Source: Mobula hypostoma
Taxonomy: Eukaryota
Assembly: GCF_963921235.1 (NCBI RefSeq)
Contig: NC_086097.1
Location: 45,882,001-45,946,000 of the forward strand
Length of the DNA: 64,000 nucleotides
Direction: 5' to 3'
Both the position numbers and the translations under genes were made by a program. The notes under the pieces were generated by a model, which saw only the letters and a list, made by a program, of their open reading frames with translations, did no database searches and was not told the origin of the DNA. Below, piece by piece: positions 39,752-53,377 of the stretch; positions within the stretch are counted from its first letter, which is position 1; every line of letters begins with the position of its first letter.

Positions 39752-42068
39752 GTAGGAATAAGAGAATTTTAGAAATACATATTGTACCTGTGTGTAAATA
39801 ATTTGAGTTTAAAAAAATTATACTTCTAACACAAAGCAACTTTATTTTCTGTGATATTTTTCATTGGAGCTTCGTGTCCTGATTGAGCCAAACTTCAATA
39901 TCCCCAGCTTTGGTAGAGTTCAACTTTTTTTGGTGCATATTTTCCCTTTGTGCGGTCATCCCTAACTGAGAAGTCGCATGTGAGATGGGCAGATTTCAGC
40001 TAGGTGCTGCTATATACAGTACCGTTTACTTGGTGTATGATTTCAGTGCTACCACAAGACTCCACTATCATTGTTCAATTGTCAATGAATTTGTGTGGTC
40101 AGATTTCCCATCAAATCCATTGTTCGTTGTTGGCTGGTTTAATTTGGAACTCATTTGAAACTCTGCAGATCCCCCACTGAATTTGCCAACTTTTTATAGT
40201 ATTAACTATTTTTAAATACTAATATCTTGAGTTTGCTAACTTACTCACAAGCTCACTTGTCCTTTGGTGTATTTCAATGTTGTTTCCACTGAGGAGTTAT
40301 CAGCCAGAGGTTTTTGATAATGTAAGCATTGAGTGAGGATCATTCTGATATTGACTTATTGGGTCTGAGGTCATTATGTAGTAGTGCAGTTGAAGTATCA
40401 AGCAATGCATTGTACCTATGGAACCTGGTTGCCAGATATTAAGATTTTCAGGAGAGGAGAAAATAGGCAAGGAATTGAGACTTATTTATCTTTTAACTTT
40501 TATTGTTGACATTCAATAGCAGAAGCTTCTGGTTCTCAATAAAACTCAAAGAAAATGAAAGTAGAGAACTGACCTGTCAGTTGTAATACTGACTTTTGTG
40601 TACTACTGTCCCAATGGTTTTTTTTATATAATTGTGTACCATAATTTTAAATTACAGCCAGCCAGATAGGTGGCACCAATGCTTCAGTTGATCTTTTTTT
40701 TGTATATATACCATTGCTTCTGCTGTTACTTGCGGTATTAAGTAGTCAGTTAATGCTTTTTGATATCCTCATGATCTTAGATATGTTTACGAAGCCACCA
40801 AGACAGCCCTGTTCACATCCCAGCTACAGGATTCCTGGAACTGACATTAGAACGCTCTCAATCTCTCCCTCCCCCAGTAAGACATCTTTTGTAATGCACC
40901 TTGTCCTTGTGGTGCAGGCAGCCCACTTCAAGACCTGCAGTATGTAATAAGGAGCCTTTCCAAACAATTAGAAAGCTCTTGGTCTCTTGAGCTTGCAGTA
41001 GATCCCTGCATGGAACTCTTCCAAACCAAGTTAATGGAATTGCACCTAAGCCATGGGATCCTGTGTTTGTTGAAGGCTTTCTACCATGGGGCTGCATTAT
41101 TTTTCACTTTCAATAAACTTCCATTATGCAATGAAAACCTATTGCAGTCAAATCTTTACTCGATGCATTACAGGAGATGGTAATCCAATTTCAAAACTAT
41201 TTTGTTGAATGCAGTCTTGCAATAAATCTTCGTGGGCAAATAATTTGAAGTGTATTTTTAAAGAACAAATGCCTCCCAAACTGTAGTATATATTTAAATA
41301 AGTCATAAATGCACTTTAGTGTATGACATTTTTAAATCTCATTTAGAAAGCGTGTTCTCTGGCTCATTTTTGAAGCTATTTTATTCATCTCTGAACAAGA
41401 AAGATAAGAGTTTGCACATTGACATTGAAACCCATATGTCGATCCTTTATCTGCTTTTCAACAACAACTATTAAATTCAAAGCAATAGTTGATTTCTTCC
41501 CCAAGAAGTTGTCCAAGCTATTGTTCTATCCCACACAGAATAAAACTGCTACCCAAGATATGATTGTCCAAATTATCATAAGTGTATGACTGGGTCTGAA
41601 ATTTGAATCAGTTTCACTTGGTAGTGTAATTACAATTGATGCGTTTGTCTGGAGGTGCAAGAGACTGCAGACGCAGGAATCTGGAGCAACAAACAATAAG
41701 TCAGAGGAACTCAGCAAAGTTGGGTGGGTCACTTACATATGTACTATATGTACTTTTATGACGTGATAATATAATTGAAAATGAGACTATAAAATAGGAA
41801 CGGTAGGCCTTGCATTCCATTTTGCCTGATGCACCTCTCAGTAGAATCTAGGCTGATCATTGCACCAATTTCATCTTCCAGTCATCCTGTACCATTTCCC
41901 TTGATTATACTTGTGTTCATGCATTTATTAATCAGAGGGTTGAAATGCACTTTCATTTCAAACTTTGACAACAGTACAACTGTGAGATGACATTATCTGG
42001 ATTTTGAAATTTGATTGAACTTCACAGAGTTGTTCTGCTATGTCCATTTTTTTCTTTTTTTTTTACAG

Positions 42069-42190
42069 CTACCTGACAAATCCATAGCAAGCTTAGTAAA
42101 GTTCTATTACTCATGGAAGAAGACACGAACAAAGACCAGTGTAATGGATCGTCATGCTCGCAAGCAAATGAAAAGGGATAAAGAAGGAAG
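42069..42190 (+). CDS. RCOR1: REST corepressor coding exon, SANT1 C-terminus: [40 protein letters not shown](S)
   Basis: T-tract + acAG acceptor; 122 bp, ends in phase 2; donor AAG|GTAATT. RCOR1-type residues [18 protein letters not shown]. Confidence 0.97.
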
Positions 42191-43112
42191 GTAATTAAAT
42201 GTTACAACAATTGTATAGTAAACTTTATAAAACTTCATTTTTCAGTCTATTTCGGGTTAGATATTTTGTGGTTATTTTCACGTTCAGTTTTCTTTCAACA
42301 TTTTCAATTGTTTTAAATTTCTGTCCCTGCCTTTATGAATTTTAGTACAAATTTCCTGAAAATTGTGAATTTTAACAAGATTTCATTTACCAGCATAAAG
42401 TTGAAATTTCTTATTATGCTGACTGATGTAAACAGTTTCACACAAAACCTCACTAAAACATTAAAGATGGTAAATATGTGCTTAAATCCATTACTGAAGT
42501 CATCTGACTATTGTGCCAATCTGATATGTTCATGATCCAATCTAATTTTATCAGTTCACAAAATAAGTCAAATTCAATGTTTTTGATTTTGTGTGTAATC
42601 AATCCTTTGGGGCATCAAGTTTTGAATCATTTGCACAGCTATCTTATAGCCATAACCAGTCTGCATCAGCATACTGTATTTGTACACTGGAGCTGCCTCC
42701 AGTATTATTTTCCAGTCGACTAATCAATTCTCTGAATGCTGGGGACATTAAGCCCAGATTTTCACTAAGTGCACACGCTCAGACTTTTGGTGCTTCAGAT
42801 TTTTGCTGCTGGTGCTCCACTAAGATCCTCCTCAGTCAGATACAACTGCTTCCTTAGCTCGCAGGATGATTTAGTAGTGCCAAAAGTATTGATTTAATTT
42901 CATTTAACATTACTGAGTTAGTAAATTTAGAGTGAACTCCACTCATGCAAGCAAAGCTGAATGTAGTGTGGTCTACTGTGAGATAGTTTGTTATTTGTAA
43001 GAGTGTTACATACAGTTTATCTTTTTAGAGAGATTGTGTAATTCTGGTAAATATCATCATTGAATGTTGAATTGCTAAGTTTTGTTGAATTACCAAATCT
43101 GGTTTTCTACAG

Positions 43113-43197
43113 TGGTGATGAAATTGAAGAATCTAATATAAATACGAGCAGTATTGTTGATAGTGAAATTGATCCAAGCAAAGAGGCAAAGAAAGAG
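43113..43197 (+). CDS. RCOR1: REST corepressor coding exon, acidic linker: (S)GDEIEESNINTSSIVDSEIDPSKEAKKE
   Basis: Acceptor ggttttctacAG; 85 bp (1 nt + 28 codons), completing the phase-2 split codon AG|T; donor GAG|GTAAGC. Ends in KExKKE as CoREST exons do. Confidence 0.92.
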
Positions 43198-43397
43198 GTA
43201 AGCTGACATTCTCTTTCTAATCAACAGCGTAGTTTGTATTTATTTGTCAGTATCCCACCAGGTTTTATTTAAGTAGAAATTTTAAGTTATGTTCGTGGCT
43301 GGAAAAAGACAAATTTTAATAAATAACCTCAAATACTGCAAGATCATTTTGACTAGAACCATTTTGTTCCAGGTACTCCATAAATCTGAATTTAGAT

Positions 43398-43890
43398 TGT
43401 AAACTTAAATTCACCGGACCAATAACCACACCACAAACAGTTCTTTACTTTATCCTTTTCACTAGTTTATTTGTTCGAATTCAGCCAGCGAGAAACTCGG
43501 AGCCAAGCATCAGAGGGACCAAATTCCTCTCCCTCTGGCGGCTCGTGACGAACTTCTGTCTAACATGCAGAATCGTTGCAATTTATAGATCTAGCGAAAG
43601 GAAGAACACTCAGTTCAATAGATATTCCCGCCAAGTCAGTTGCACTAAATCAAAGTTTTAGTTACAAATGAATGTTCTGTCCAGTTCTTATCAGTTATTC
43701 TCTTTCATTAGACAAAGGAGGGAACTTAGTTCAATGTGAGAACCCAACTCTACATACATTCCCAAGGGATATCTGTGAGTGGTTAATCTAAACAAGCGGC
43801 AGGCAGATTCCGCAGTGAAGGACAAACTTTGCACACTATCCAGAACAGAGCATACATAAGCTGGCACTTAATTTAAACCCATTATTTACA
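43398..43890 (-). mobile_element. Probable solo LTR, 493 bp, ERV-like
   Basis: TGTAAA...TTTACA perfect terminal inverted repeat; flanks AGAT/AGAG; minus-strand TATAAA (43582-7) then AATAAA (43466-71) in U3-R-U5 order; locally CpG-rich. Confidence 0.65.
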
Positions 43891-44557
43891 AGAGTCCAAG
43901 AATCATTTCTTATGTCTCCAGTACCCTTAAAACTTCATCAAGATATCAAAGTAAATTTAAAAACAACAGCGGCATTTCAAAATTTTGACAATTATCATTC
44001 AATCAAATGACCCTGACTCAATTGGAAAGCTGTCACACACATGCAGTCCAATTACAAATATGTAGCTTTGGTTAAGTGTGAAAGCAGAAGTCTAAATTGT
44101 ACTTAATTCAGCTGCAGGGTTAAACCTATGAAAATTAAACAGGTAGCTGAAATAAAAAAATCAGTAATTTTGAACCATAATAATAACATAGAGATTCCTT
44201 CAAGCATCCTGAAAGGCTTATAAATTTGTGCTCTGTACCATACCTCATTTTATTCTTTCAGATAATTCCATACTTATCTAGGGATTTGGTCCAAGTATTC
44301 CTCTTTGTTAGGATTGCACTAAACTTAAGCTCTGAATGTATTTGGAGGAACAATTTGGACTTGGATTTCTCAATTTTAACTATTCTTTTTAAGAAAAGAC
44401 TTACAGAATTCCATTTCAAAATGTCAGCATTTTGCCTGTGTTTTAAATAAAAATAGTGTAACTATAATGTAGAGTTGCATCTTGTTTCTCATCAAGCTGC
44501 AGGTAGCTTTCTAAATGTGTATATAAACTATTGATCAAACCTAGTTATCTGTATTTA

Positions 44558-47500
44558 AGACCATAAGATATAGGAGCAGAATTAGGCCATTTGGCCCATT
44601 GATTCTGCTCTCCCATTTCATCATGGCTTATCCATTTTTCCATTCAGCCGTGGTCTCCTGCCTTCTCCCCGTATCCCTTCATGCCCGGGCCAATCTAGAA
44701 TACGTCAATATCTGCCTTAAATATACTTAAAGACTTGGCCTCCACAGCTGCCTGTAGCAAAGATTTCCACGGATTCGCCACACTCTGGCTAAAGAAATTC
44801 CTCCTTATCTCCTTTCAACAAGGATACCCCTCTATCCTGAGGCTTTGTCCTCTTGGTCTTACTCTCCCACCATAGGAAACATCCTCTCCACATCCACTCT
44901 TATCAAGGCCTTTTACCATTTGATGGGGGCCAATGGGGTCATCCCTCATTCTTCTGAATTCCAGTGAATGCCGGCCCAGGGCCATCAGGCACTCTTCATA
45001 ACCTTTTCAATCCTGGAATCATTGTCGTAAACCTCCTTTGAACCATCTCCAGTTTCAGCACATCCTGCCTAAGATGAGGGGCTCAGATCTGCTCACAATA
45101 CTCCAAGTAAGTCTCCATCAATGCTTTATTAAGTTTCATCGTTACATCCTTGCTTTTATATTCTAGTCCTCTTGAAATGAATGCTAACATTGCAATTGCC
45201 TTCCTCACAGACTCAACCTGCAAATTAATCTTTAGGAAATTCCACACAAGGTCTCCCAAGTCCCTTTGTGTCTCAGTTTTTTGTATTTTTTTCTCCATTT
45301 ATAAAAGTCAATCCTTTCATTTTTTTTCTACCAAAGTACATGACCATAGACTGTATTCCATCTGTCATTTCTTTGCTCATTCTCCTAATCTAAGTCCTTC
45401 TGTAGCCTCTCTACATCCTCAAAATTACCTGCCCCTCGACATATCTTCATGTCATCTGCAAGCTTTGCAAAAAAAGCCATCAATTTCATCATCCAAATCA
45501 TTGACATATAATGTAAAAAGAATGTGAATGGTATAAGTTAGCTGCCAGTGATTTAGATTTTGGAATAGATGGCTTTGTTGCCAACTTTGCAGATGATACT
45601 AAAATTGGTGGAGGGCTAGGTAGTGTTGAGGAAACAGGCTGAAGAAGGACTTGGACAGATTAGGAGAATGTGCAAGAAAGAGGCAAATGAAATACAGTGT
45701 TGGAAAATGCGTGGTCATGCACTTTGGTAGAAGAAATAAATATGCAGTCTATTTTCTAAATGGGGAGTCGGTGATGAGGAAGGCAAATGCAATGTTAGCA
45801 TTCCTTTCAAGAAGTCTACAATACAAGAACAGGGATGTGATGCTGAGGCTTTATAAGGCACTGGTGAGGACTCACCTTGAGTATTGTGAACAGTTTTGGG
45901 CGCTCCTCATCTAAGAAAAGATGTGCTGCCATTGGAGAGTGTTTAGAGGAGGTTCACAAGGATGATTCCGGGAACGAAAGTGTTTATTATACAAGGAACA
46001 TTTGACTCTTGGTCTGTACTCTTTGGAATTTAGAAGGATGAGGGGGCAGACTTTTACCGCTGTACCATTGAGAGCATACTGACCAACTGCATCTCAGTGT
46101 GGTAAGGCAATTGTCCCGTATCGGACCGCAAAGCACTCCAGCGTGTGGTGAAAACTGCCCAGCGGATTATCGGCACCCAGTTGCCCACCATTGAGAACAT
46201 CTACCATAAACATTGCCTGGGCAGAGCGAAAAGCATCATCAAGGATGCATGTCACCCTAACCATGGACTTTTTACTCTCCTGCCATCGGGTCGGCGCTAC
46301 AGGAGCCTCCGCTCCTGCACCAGCAGGCTCAGGAAGAGCTTCTTCCCTGAGGCTGTGACCCTGCTGAACCTCACATCACAGCACTAAGCAATATTGCACC
46401 CATATTGTACTGTCTCAGTACTTTTATATTTGTGTGCTGTAGCACTTACTTTTTATTTGCAGTTATTTTGTAAATAACACTATTCTTTGCATTTCTGGTC
46501 AGATGCTAACTGCATTTCATTGGTTTTGTATCTGTACTCGGCACAATGACAATAAAGTTGAATCTGATCTAATCTAATTTGATTGAAATCTTTTGAATGT
46601 CGCAAAGCTTGGTAGAATGGGAAAGGATGTTTCCCATGATGGGGGGGGGTGTCAAGGTCGATAGGACACCGCCTCAAGATAGAGGGACACCCATTTAAAA
46701 CAGATACGGAGAAATTTCTTCAACCAGAGGTTGATGAGTTTGTGGAATTCATTATCACAGGCAGTTGTAGAGGCCAGGTCGTTGGGTGTATTTAAGGCAG
46801 ACATTGATGGATTCTTTTTTGGACACTGCATCAAAGGTTACAGGGAGTGGGACTGAGGAAGGGATATAAAGATCAGCCATGATTTGAGTGGCGGAGCAGA
46901 CTCGATGGGACAAATGGCATAATTCTGCTCCTGTGTCTTATGGTATACTATCTGGTCCAGTTGACTTATCCACCTTCAGACCTTTGAGTTTCCCAAGAAC
47001 TGTCTCTAGTTCTGGTATCTTCACACACTTCATGCCCCCAGACATCTGGAACTTCCACTATGCTGCTAGTGTCTTCCACAGTGAAGACTGATGCAAAATA
47101 CTTATTCAGTTTGTATGCTATTTCATTGTCCCCCATGACTACCTCTTCAGCATCTTTTTCCAGTGGTCCAATATGCACTCTTGCCTCTCTTTTACACTTT
47201 ACGTATCTGAAGAAGCTTTTGGTATCCTCTAATATTATTGGCTGGTTTACTTTAGTATTCTATCTTAACCTGCTTAATGACTTCATCTACCTTCTATTGG
47301 CTTTTTAAAAGCTTCCCAGTCCTCTTACTTCTCACTAAGCTTTGCTGTATTATACGCAGTCTCTTTGCTTTTATGTTGGCTTTGACTTGTTAGCCACAGT
47401 TGTGTCATCTTGCCTTTAGAATACTACTTCCTCTTTGGGATATATATATATATATCTCTCTCTCTCTCTCCATCCTTTGTCTTCTGAATTGCTCTGCCGT

Positions 47501-47700
47501 CAGCCCTGCCAGTGTTCTTTAACAATCCGTTCTGGCCAACTCATCTATCATGCCTCTATAATTCCTTTTACTCCACTGTAATACTGATACATCAGACTTT
47601 AGCTTCTTCTACAATTTCGATCATATTATGATCACTTTCCCCCCAAGGATTCTTTTCTTAAGCTCTCTACTCAATTCTGGCTCATTGCACAACACCCATT
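44558..47700. mobile_element. CR1 cluster: minus 44558-45525, plus 45545-46945, minus 46945-47700
   Basis: RT-region translations on opposite strands (KAIAMLAFISRGLEYK; KANAMLAFLSRSLQYK; FADDTKIG) with CR1 tails at 44558 and 46940. Confidence 0.85.
46048..46578 (+). mobile_element. Rex1/Babar 3' fragment nested in CR1
   Basis: Close copy of 27950-28478; CR1 resumes on both sides. Confidence 0.88.
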
Positions 47701-48784
47701 TGGCAGTGTTGGGAGAAAAAAAGGGAAAAGTAAAAGATGTGATCCAAGTAAAGCAGAACAACTAAAGATGTGAGCAATAAAATGAGTGAAAATGAAAACT
47801 TTAACCAAAGTTAATCAGACTGAATTTTTAACCTGCATATCCTAAAGAAATGTTTGAAATTTCTCTATTTAACCAAGAAGCTAACAGCCTTGGTAAAGAA
47901 CACTAAGCAAACATTATTGTGGTGTAATTTTTGGTGCAAAACCCACTTCCTGGCAAATTGCAAATCAAGCTTGTTTCAACATTGAATGAATCATCAGTGC
48001 AACTCTTGCTTGAAGAAGCAGACGTAAAGCTAGTATTTGGCACAGTATGAAACAAGTTGCAGGTGATTTCATGTTTATCCTTTCAAAATTAGTGCAAATT
48101 AATTTCAGGTCACAGTAACTCATTATGTGTTTGCAGAATCAGTTGATCTATCATACCAACCTATTTTGTTGTTAACCTGTGAAGAATTTTCCTTCCAGGC
48201 AACATTACTAGAGAGAGAGTTGCATACTTGTACCTATCTCCTGTTTTTGTTATCAAAAGACACAAATCTGATGCATGCAGCACCATTGCTAGGTAGACCA
48301 GTATGATTACGAGGGCTAATAAGTATTTTTTAGTTGTTTACCATACATGTGGCACAGTTTTTTAAAGCCCACTGACAAGTTATTTGCTGTAAAGCTTGAA
48401 TTTATGTAGCAGAATCCAAACTGTTCGTGCTCTTTTTCAAAGCCATTCACCAAAAGGACTGCCAATTTGAATAAGTATGGTTCTCTCAATTTCACTATTG
48501 TCTGAACAAGTTACTGAATGTTATTCCTCTTGCTTTGCATTTTAGCTACTTTCTGACCACTTTCCCTGTTTCTAGATCTATGTGACAAGAACCCTAGGAG
48601 TGAAAAATGTAGTTTAGATCCAATTTGAGCAGTGGTAAGGGGTTGTTGAATGATCTTGTTGTAAAGGGGCTGTTAGTAAAGAGTAATTGCTGTATGATAC
48701 CATTTTAGCATTGATTTTCAAAGTGACAAAGTTCAATCTGAAACCAAAGTCTTAAAACCTAAAGAAAAGAACTGCAAAGGCATG

Positions 48785-49972
48785 AATTGAATCAAATTGA
48801 CTTTATTTCTTACATCCTTCACATACATGGGGAGTAAAAATCTTTGTTATGCCTCTGTCTAAATGTGCAATCATAGTAATTTATAATAAACAGGACAGTC
48901 AATGTAACAGAAATACACTCAAATCAGCATGGTTGAATGTATCAGTCTGATGGCCTGGTGGGAAAAGCTGTCCTGGAGCCTGTTGGTCCTGGCTTTTATG
49001 CTGTGGTACTATTTCCCGGATGGTAGCAGCTGGAACAGTTTGTGGTTGGGGGGATTCGGGTCCCCAACAATCCTTCGGGCCCTTTTTTTTCCTACACCCT
49101 TCTTTGTAAATGTCCTGAATCATGGGAAGTTCACAACTACAGATATGCTGGGCTGTCTGCACCACTCTCTGCAGAATCATGCGACTAAGGGAAGTACAGT
49201 TCCCATACCAGGCAGTGATGCGGCCAGTCAGGATGCTCTCAGTTGTGCCTCTGTAGAAATTTCTTAAGATTGGGGGCCCATACCAAACTTCCTCAACCGT
49301 CTGAGGTGAAAGAGGTGCTGTTGTGCCTTTATCACCACACAGCTGGTGTGTTTAGACCACGTGAGGTCTTTGGTGATGTGGATGCCGAGGAACTTGAAGC
49401 TGTTTACCTTCCTACCCTGTCAATAGGGGTTAGCCAGTCTCCATTCTTCCTGTAATCCACAACCAGCTCTTTCGTTTTTGCGACATTGAGGGAGAGGTTG
49501 TTTTCTTGACACCACTGTGTCAGAGAGATGACTTCTTCCCTATAAACCACCTCGTTATTATTTGAGATTAGGCTAATCAATGTAGTGTCGTCAGTAAATT
49601 TGATTAGCAGATTGGGGCTGTGGGTGGCGACACAGTCATGGGCATACAGAGAGTAAGGGGACTTAGGACACAGCCCTGAGGGGCTGCTTTGTTGAGAATC
49701 AGAGGGGTGGAGGTGAGGGAGCCCACTCTCACCACCTGCCGGCGATCTGACAGGAATTCCAGGATCCAGCTGCACATGGCACGGTCAAGGCTGAGGTCTC
49801 TTGAGCTTTCTGTTGAGCCTGGATGGAATTATGGTATTGAATGCTGAACTGTAGTCTCACATAAGCATTCTTCTCCAGATGTGTAAAGACGGTATGTAGA
49901 GCAGTGGCTATTGTGACATCTGTCAGTTGGTTGTGTCGGCAGGCGAATTGTAGGGGGTCCAGTTTGGGTGGT
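48785..49972 (-). mobile_element. Rex1/Babar LINE fragment
   Basis: IKFTDDTTLISLI..WCQENNLSLNVAKTKELVVDYRK; tail gaattgaatcaaattgactttatt. Confidence 0.85.
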
Positions 49973-50049
49973 TGGCAATCAAAGCGAGCGTTAGCAATCG
50001 TTGAATGGGCATATACATTGAAAAGTTAGATTGACGGATGGTGGGGAAC

Positions 50050-52330
50050 ATTAAAGTAAATGGTGTGTATATTGCAAAAAAAAACATAACCTGGAAGTGG
50101 AGAGTATTTTAGAGAACGGCAAAGAAGGATCAAGAAATTGTGAAAGAGAAAGCAGAATGAGTTGCCTGCTACAAACTATTGTCAGAATTTTGTAGATCTG
50201 CAGCAAAGACTAGCAAAGGCAAATGTGCTTCCCATAAAGACCAGAATTTATAAATGGGAAAAAGAACTAAATAATTACTTTGTGGGAAAATATTTTTTAA
50301 AATCCTGTAAAAACATCAGCGAAGCAAGGGTCAAGGGAGAATGAGGAACTGAAGTACTGTGTCAGTCAAAAATGGACTGGATTTAGTAAGCTTGAAAACT
50401 ATAAATTCCAAAGGGCCTGTGATTGACATTCCAGACTTTTGAACAGTTGGCTGTAGAAATGGTGAATGTCAGTATTATCTTTCTGAATATTGTGGATTGA
50501 ACAGTAGAAAGTATCACGCTACAATTTAAGAAAGAAGTGGGAACTATCAACCTGTTAACTTAATATCAGCTGTAGCAGAATTCTGCAATTTATAATGATG
50601 GCCGTAATAAAACTATAGGATCAAGCATAATTGGGAAGACTGGAATATAACATTTGAATAATCTCTAAGGATAAGTAAAATGGTGGTAATTGGTGTATAT
50701 ACTGTTATTTGGACATAACTGAGGTAGGAGTACAATGGGTGGGGCCAATAGTATGGCTTAGGGTTGGTTATTTGGCAGAAAGAAAAAGTTTGTATAAACA
50801 GATTGTTAGCGGTTGTTACTGGAGAGAAACTGTAGAAATCAATATTTGGGGCCCCAGCAATTCACAATCTGAGGAAGATACTAAATGTTATTTCCTGGTA
50901 ATACTAACCTAGTATTGTGAGCTTGGAGAACATAGTGACTTAAAGCTGAGTAAACTAGAATATGGCACATTGAATATAATGCAGAACATTAAGAATTCAT
51001 CCACTTTGGTGCAGAGGACAGAAAACCAGAATATTTCTTAATTGGGTAGTACATTTGCTTAAATGGGTTTGGGTTTTCTTGCACACAGTCATTGTAGGCC
51101 AACATGTAGTCACAATAAGAGAATGAATGATATGCGAGCCTTTATGATAAGGTTTTTGAGTAAACAAATTATTACTTGGTGAGACTGCACCAATGGAATC
51201 TACTTACCTAAGAAAGGATGCTCTTGGCATACAGGGAATGTAGTGGAGATTCACCAGACTCATTCCAGGCTTGCCAGGTTTGGATGTGAAGAGGCTGAGT
51301 AGATTATAGACAGACAGACAGATAGATACTTCATTGTTCCCAAAGGAAATTGCGGTGTCACATAAGCATTCCAAGTGCACAGATATAAATATTAGAAGAG
51401 AAGTGGAAAGAATGAAAAACAAGTTACCACAAACAGTTTAACAGTAAGGGATCTTCACCTCCCCGACCATAGCTGCACTCATTATAGAGCCGAATGGCTG
51501 AGGGTAAGAATGACCTCATATAGTGCTCTTTGGAGCAGTGAAGTTGTCTTGGCCTGTTACTAAAAGCACTTCTCTGTTCAGCCATGGTGGTATCCAGAGG
51601 GTGAGAAACATTGTCCAGAACTGCCAGGATTTTCCTTATGTCCTTTGTTCTACCACAGCCTCCAGTTTGACTCCTTTAACAGAGCCAGACTTTCTAATGA
51701 GTTTATTGAACCTGTTGGCATCACCCGTGTTGATGCCATTGCCCCTGCACACCATCACATAGAAGACTGTACTGGTGATAACAGACTGGTGGAACATGTG
51801 AAGAAGGCCTGCATACTCCAAAGGAACTTAGTCTCCTCAGGAAGTAGAGGCAACTCTGGCTCTTGTGCACAGCCTGTGTTCTGGTGCTCCACACAAGTCT
51901 GTCGTCCTGGTGTACTCCCAAGTACTTGTAGGTCCTCACCACATCCAGGTCCTCACCATATCCAAGTCCTCACCATCAGTAGTAACAGCAAGCACTGCAG
52001 GCTTGGTCTTCCTAAAGTCCATCACCATCTCCTTTGTCTTACTAATGTTGAGCTGCAAATGATTTAGCTTGCACCATTCAGTAAAGCTTAGAAGAATGAG
52101 CAATCTTATTTGAAACATACACCATTCAGATGGGTCTTGACAAACTGGATGCAGGAAGGAAGATTACCCTTTCTGAGGTATATAGAACTAAGTGTGATAA
52201 TAGCAGAATAAGGTGCAAATCATTTAGGACTAAAGGAGAAATTTCTTTGTACAGAGAGTGGTGATTCTTTGCAATCCTCTCTCAGAGCAGTAGAGGCTCC
52301 ATTATTCAAAACAGTAGTGGAGGAAAAGGA
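50050..52330 (+). mobile_element. Highly decayed CR1 interrupted by a Rex1 copy
   Basis: Scattered CR1-like motifs (gattcaccagactcattccagg; tttctttgtacagagagtggtg). Confidence 0.5.
51308..52085 (-). mobile_element. Rex1/Babar LINE 3' fragment
   Basis: WCKLNHLQLNISKTKEMVMDFRK, RTYKYLGVH; (AGAC/AGAT)n tail. Confidence 0.85.
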
Positions 52331-53377
52331 ATCTGAGGTGATATAGCATCTGTAATGCTCCAGAAATTGAGATTAGGTTTTCAATTTTATGTGCAATGTA
52401 TAAAATCAGTGCATTGAAATGGGACAAAGCAGTTTTGCTGCTAACCAAAGATATCAACTCTGCAATATTGTTGGTGCAGCACTGAAAGTTAATGTAATCT
52501 TTAGTAAGAGCATGCATTTGAAAGCATATGTATTGTTATTTGCACAGGCTGAAATATACATTTCATTGTCTTAAATGTATTAAATTTAATTATTTTATTA
52601 ATAATGTGTTGTAATAACTCAAATAAATCAACTTTGAGCACTACTTAAAAGTGAAAACAAAAATCCCAAAATGAATTAAAAATTAAATCTGAAAATTTAA
52701 GTGGGAGGAGTACTTTCTGGCTTGTACCGGAAGTAGTTTAAATAGAATTTGGAAAGTAATGTGGTAAATATGAAGTGTGCATCTGTGACTCTATTTGCAT
52801 CTTTTCTAGAGGTTAGAATTCAGAAAATAATTTAGCCATAGAGCACTACAGCAGAGAAATGGGCCCTTTAATCCACCTGTTGTTCTGCCTTGTCCCATCA
52901 ACCCATACCCATGCCCCTCCCATCCATGTACTTAACCACACTTGTGTTAACTGCTGCATTTGAACCTGCATTCATTATTTCTGCTGGTAATTTGCAGCAA
53001 ATTGTACAAATAATGCTAATAACCAACTATTATCTTGACGACATAAAATAGGAAATCAATTTTCTGATATACTTTTCCTCTGAATACGGTTACAGTTTTG
53101 TATTGCTTTTCAACTGCAGGTACGTGCTGGCACACTTTTACATTAAGTTTGTCCATAAAAATCCTGGATATAAAAGTTGCATGTAAAGTTTATTTTATCT
53201 TTGAATTAAAATAATGTCAATATATCTTGCTACTCCATTGGCAACCTCCCCAAGTTTTTAAGCCAGGCTGTCACTGATGGAGGGGTTATTTTGTTATCAG
53301 GCTGTTCTTTATTCAGTAATATGAAATAGTAGCTTTGAACTGGCTGTCATTAGAAGCAAGATGTGCTGGGATAGGTC

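Noticed and set aside
51930..51975. 17-bp tandem repeat, CRISPR-like at a glance
   Set aside because: Contiguous slippage duplication inside Rex1 with no spacers; eukaryotic context.
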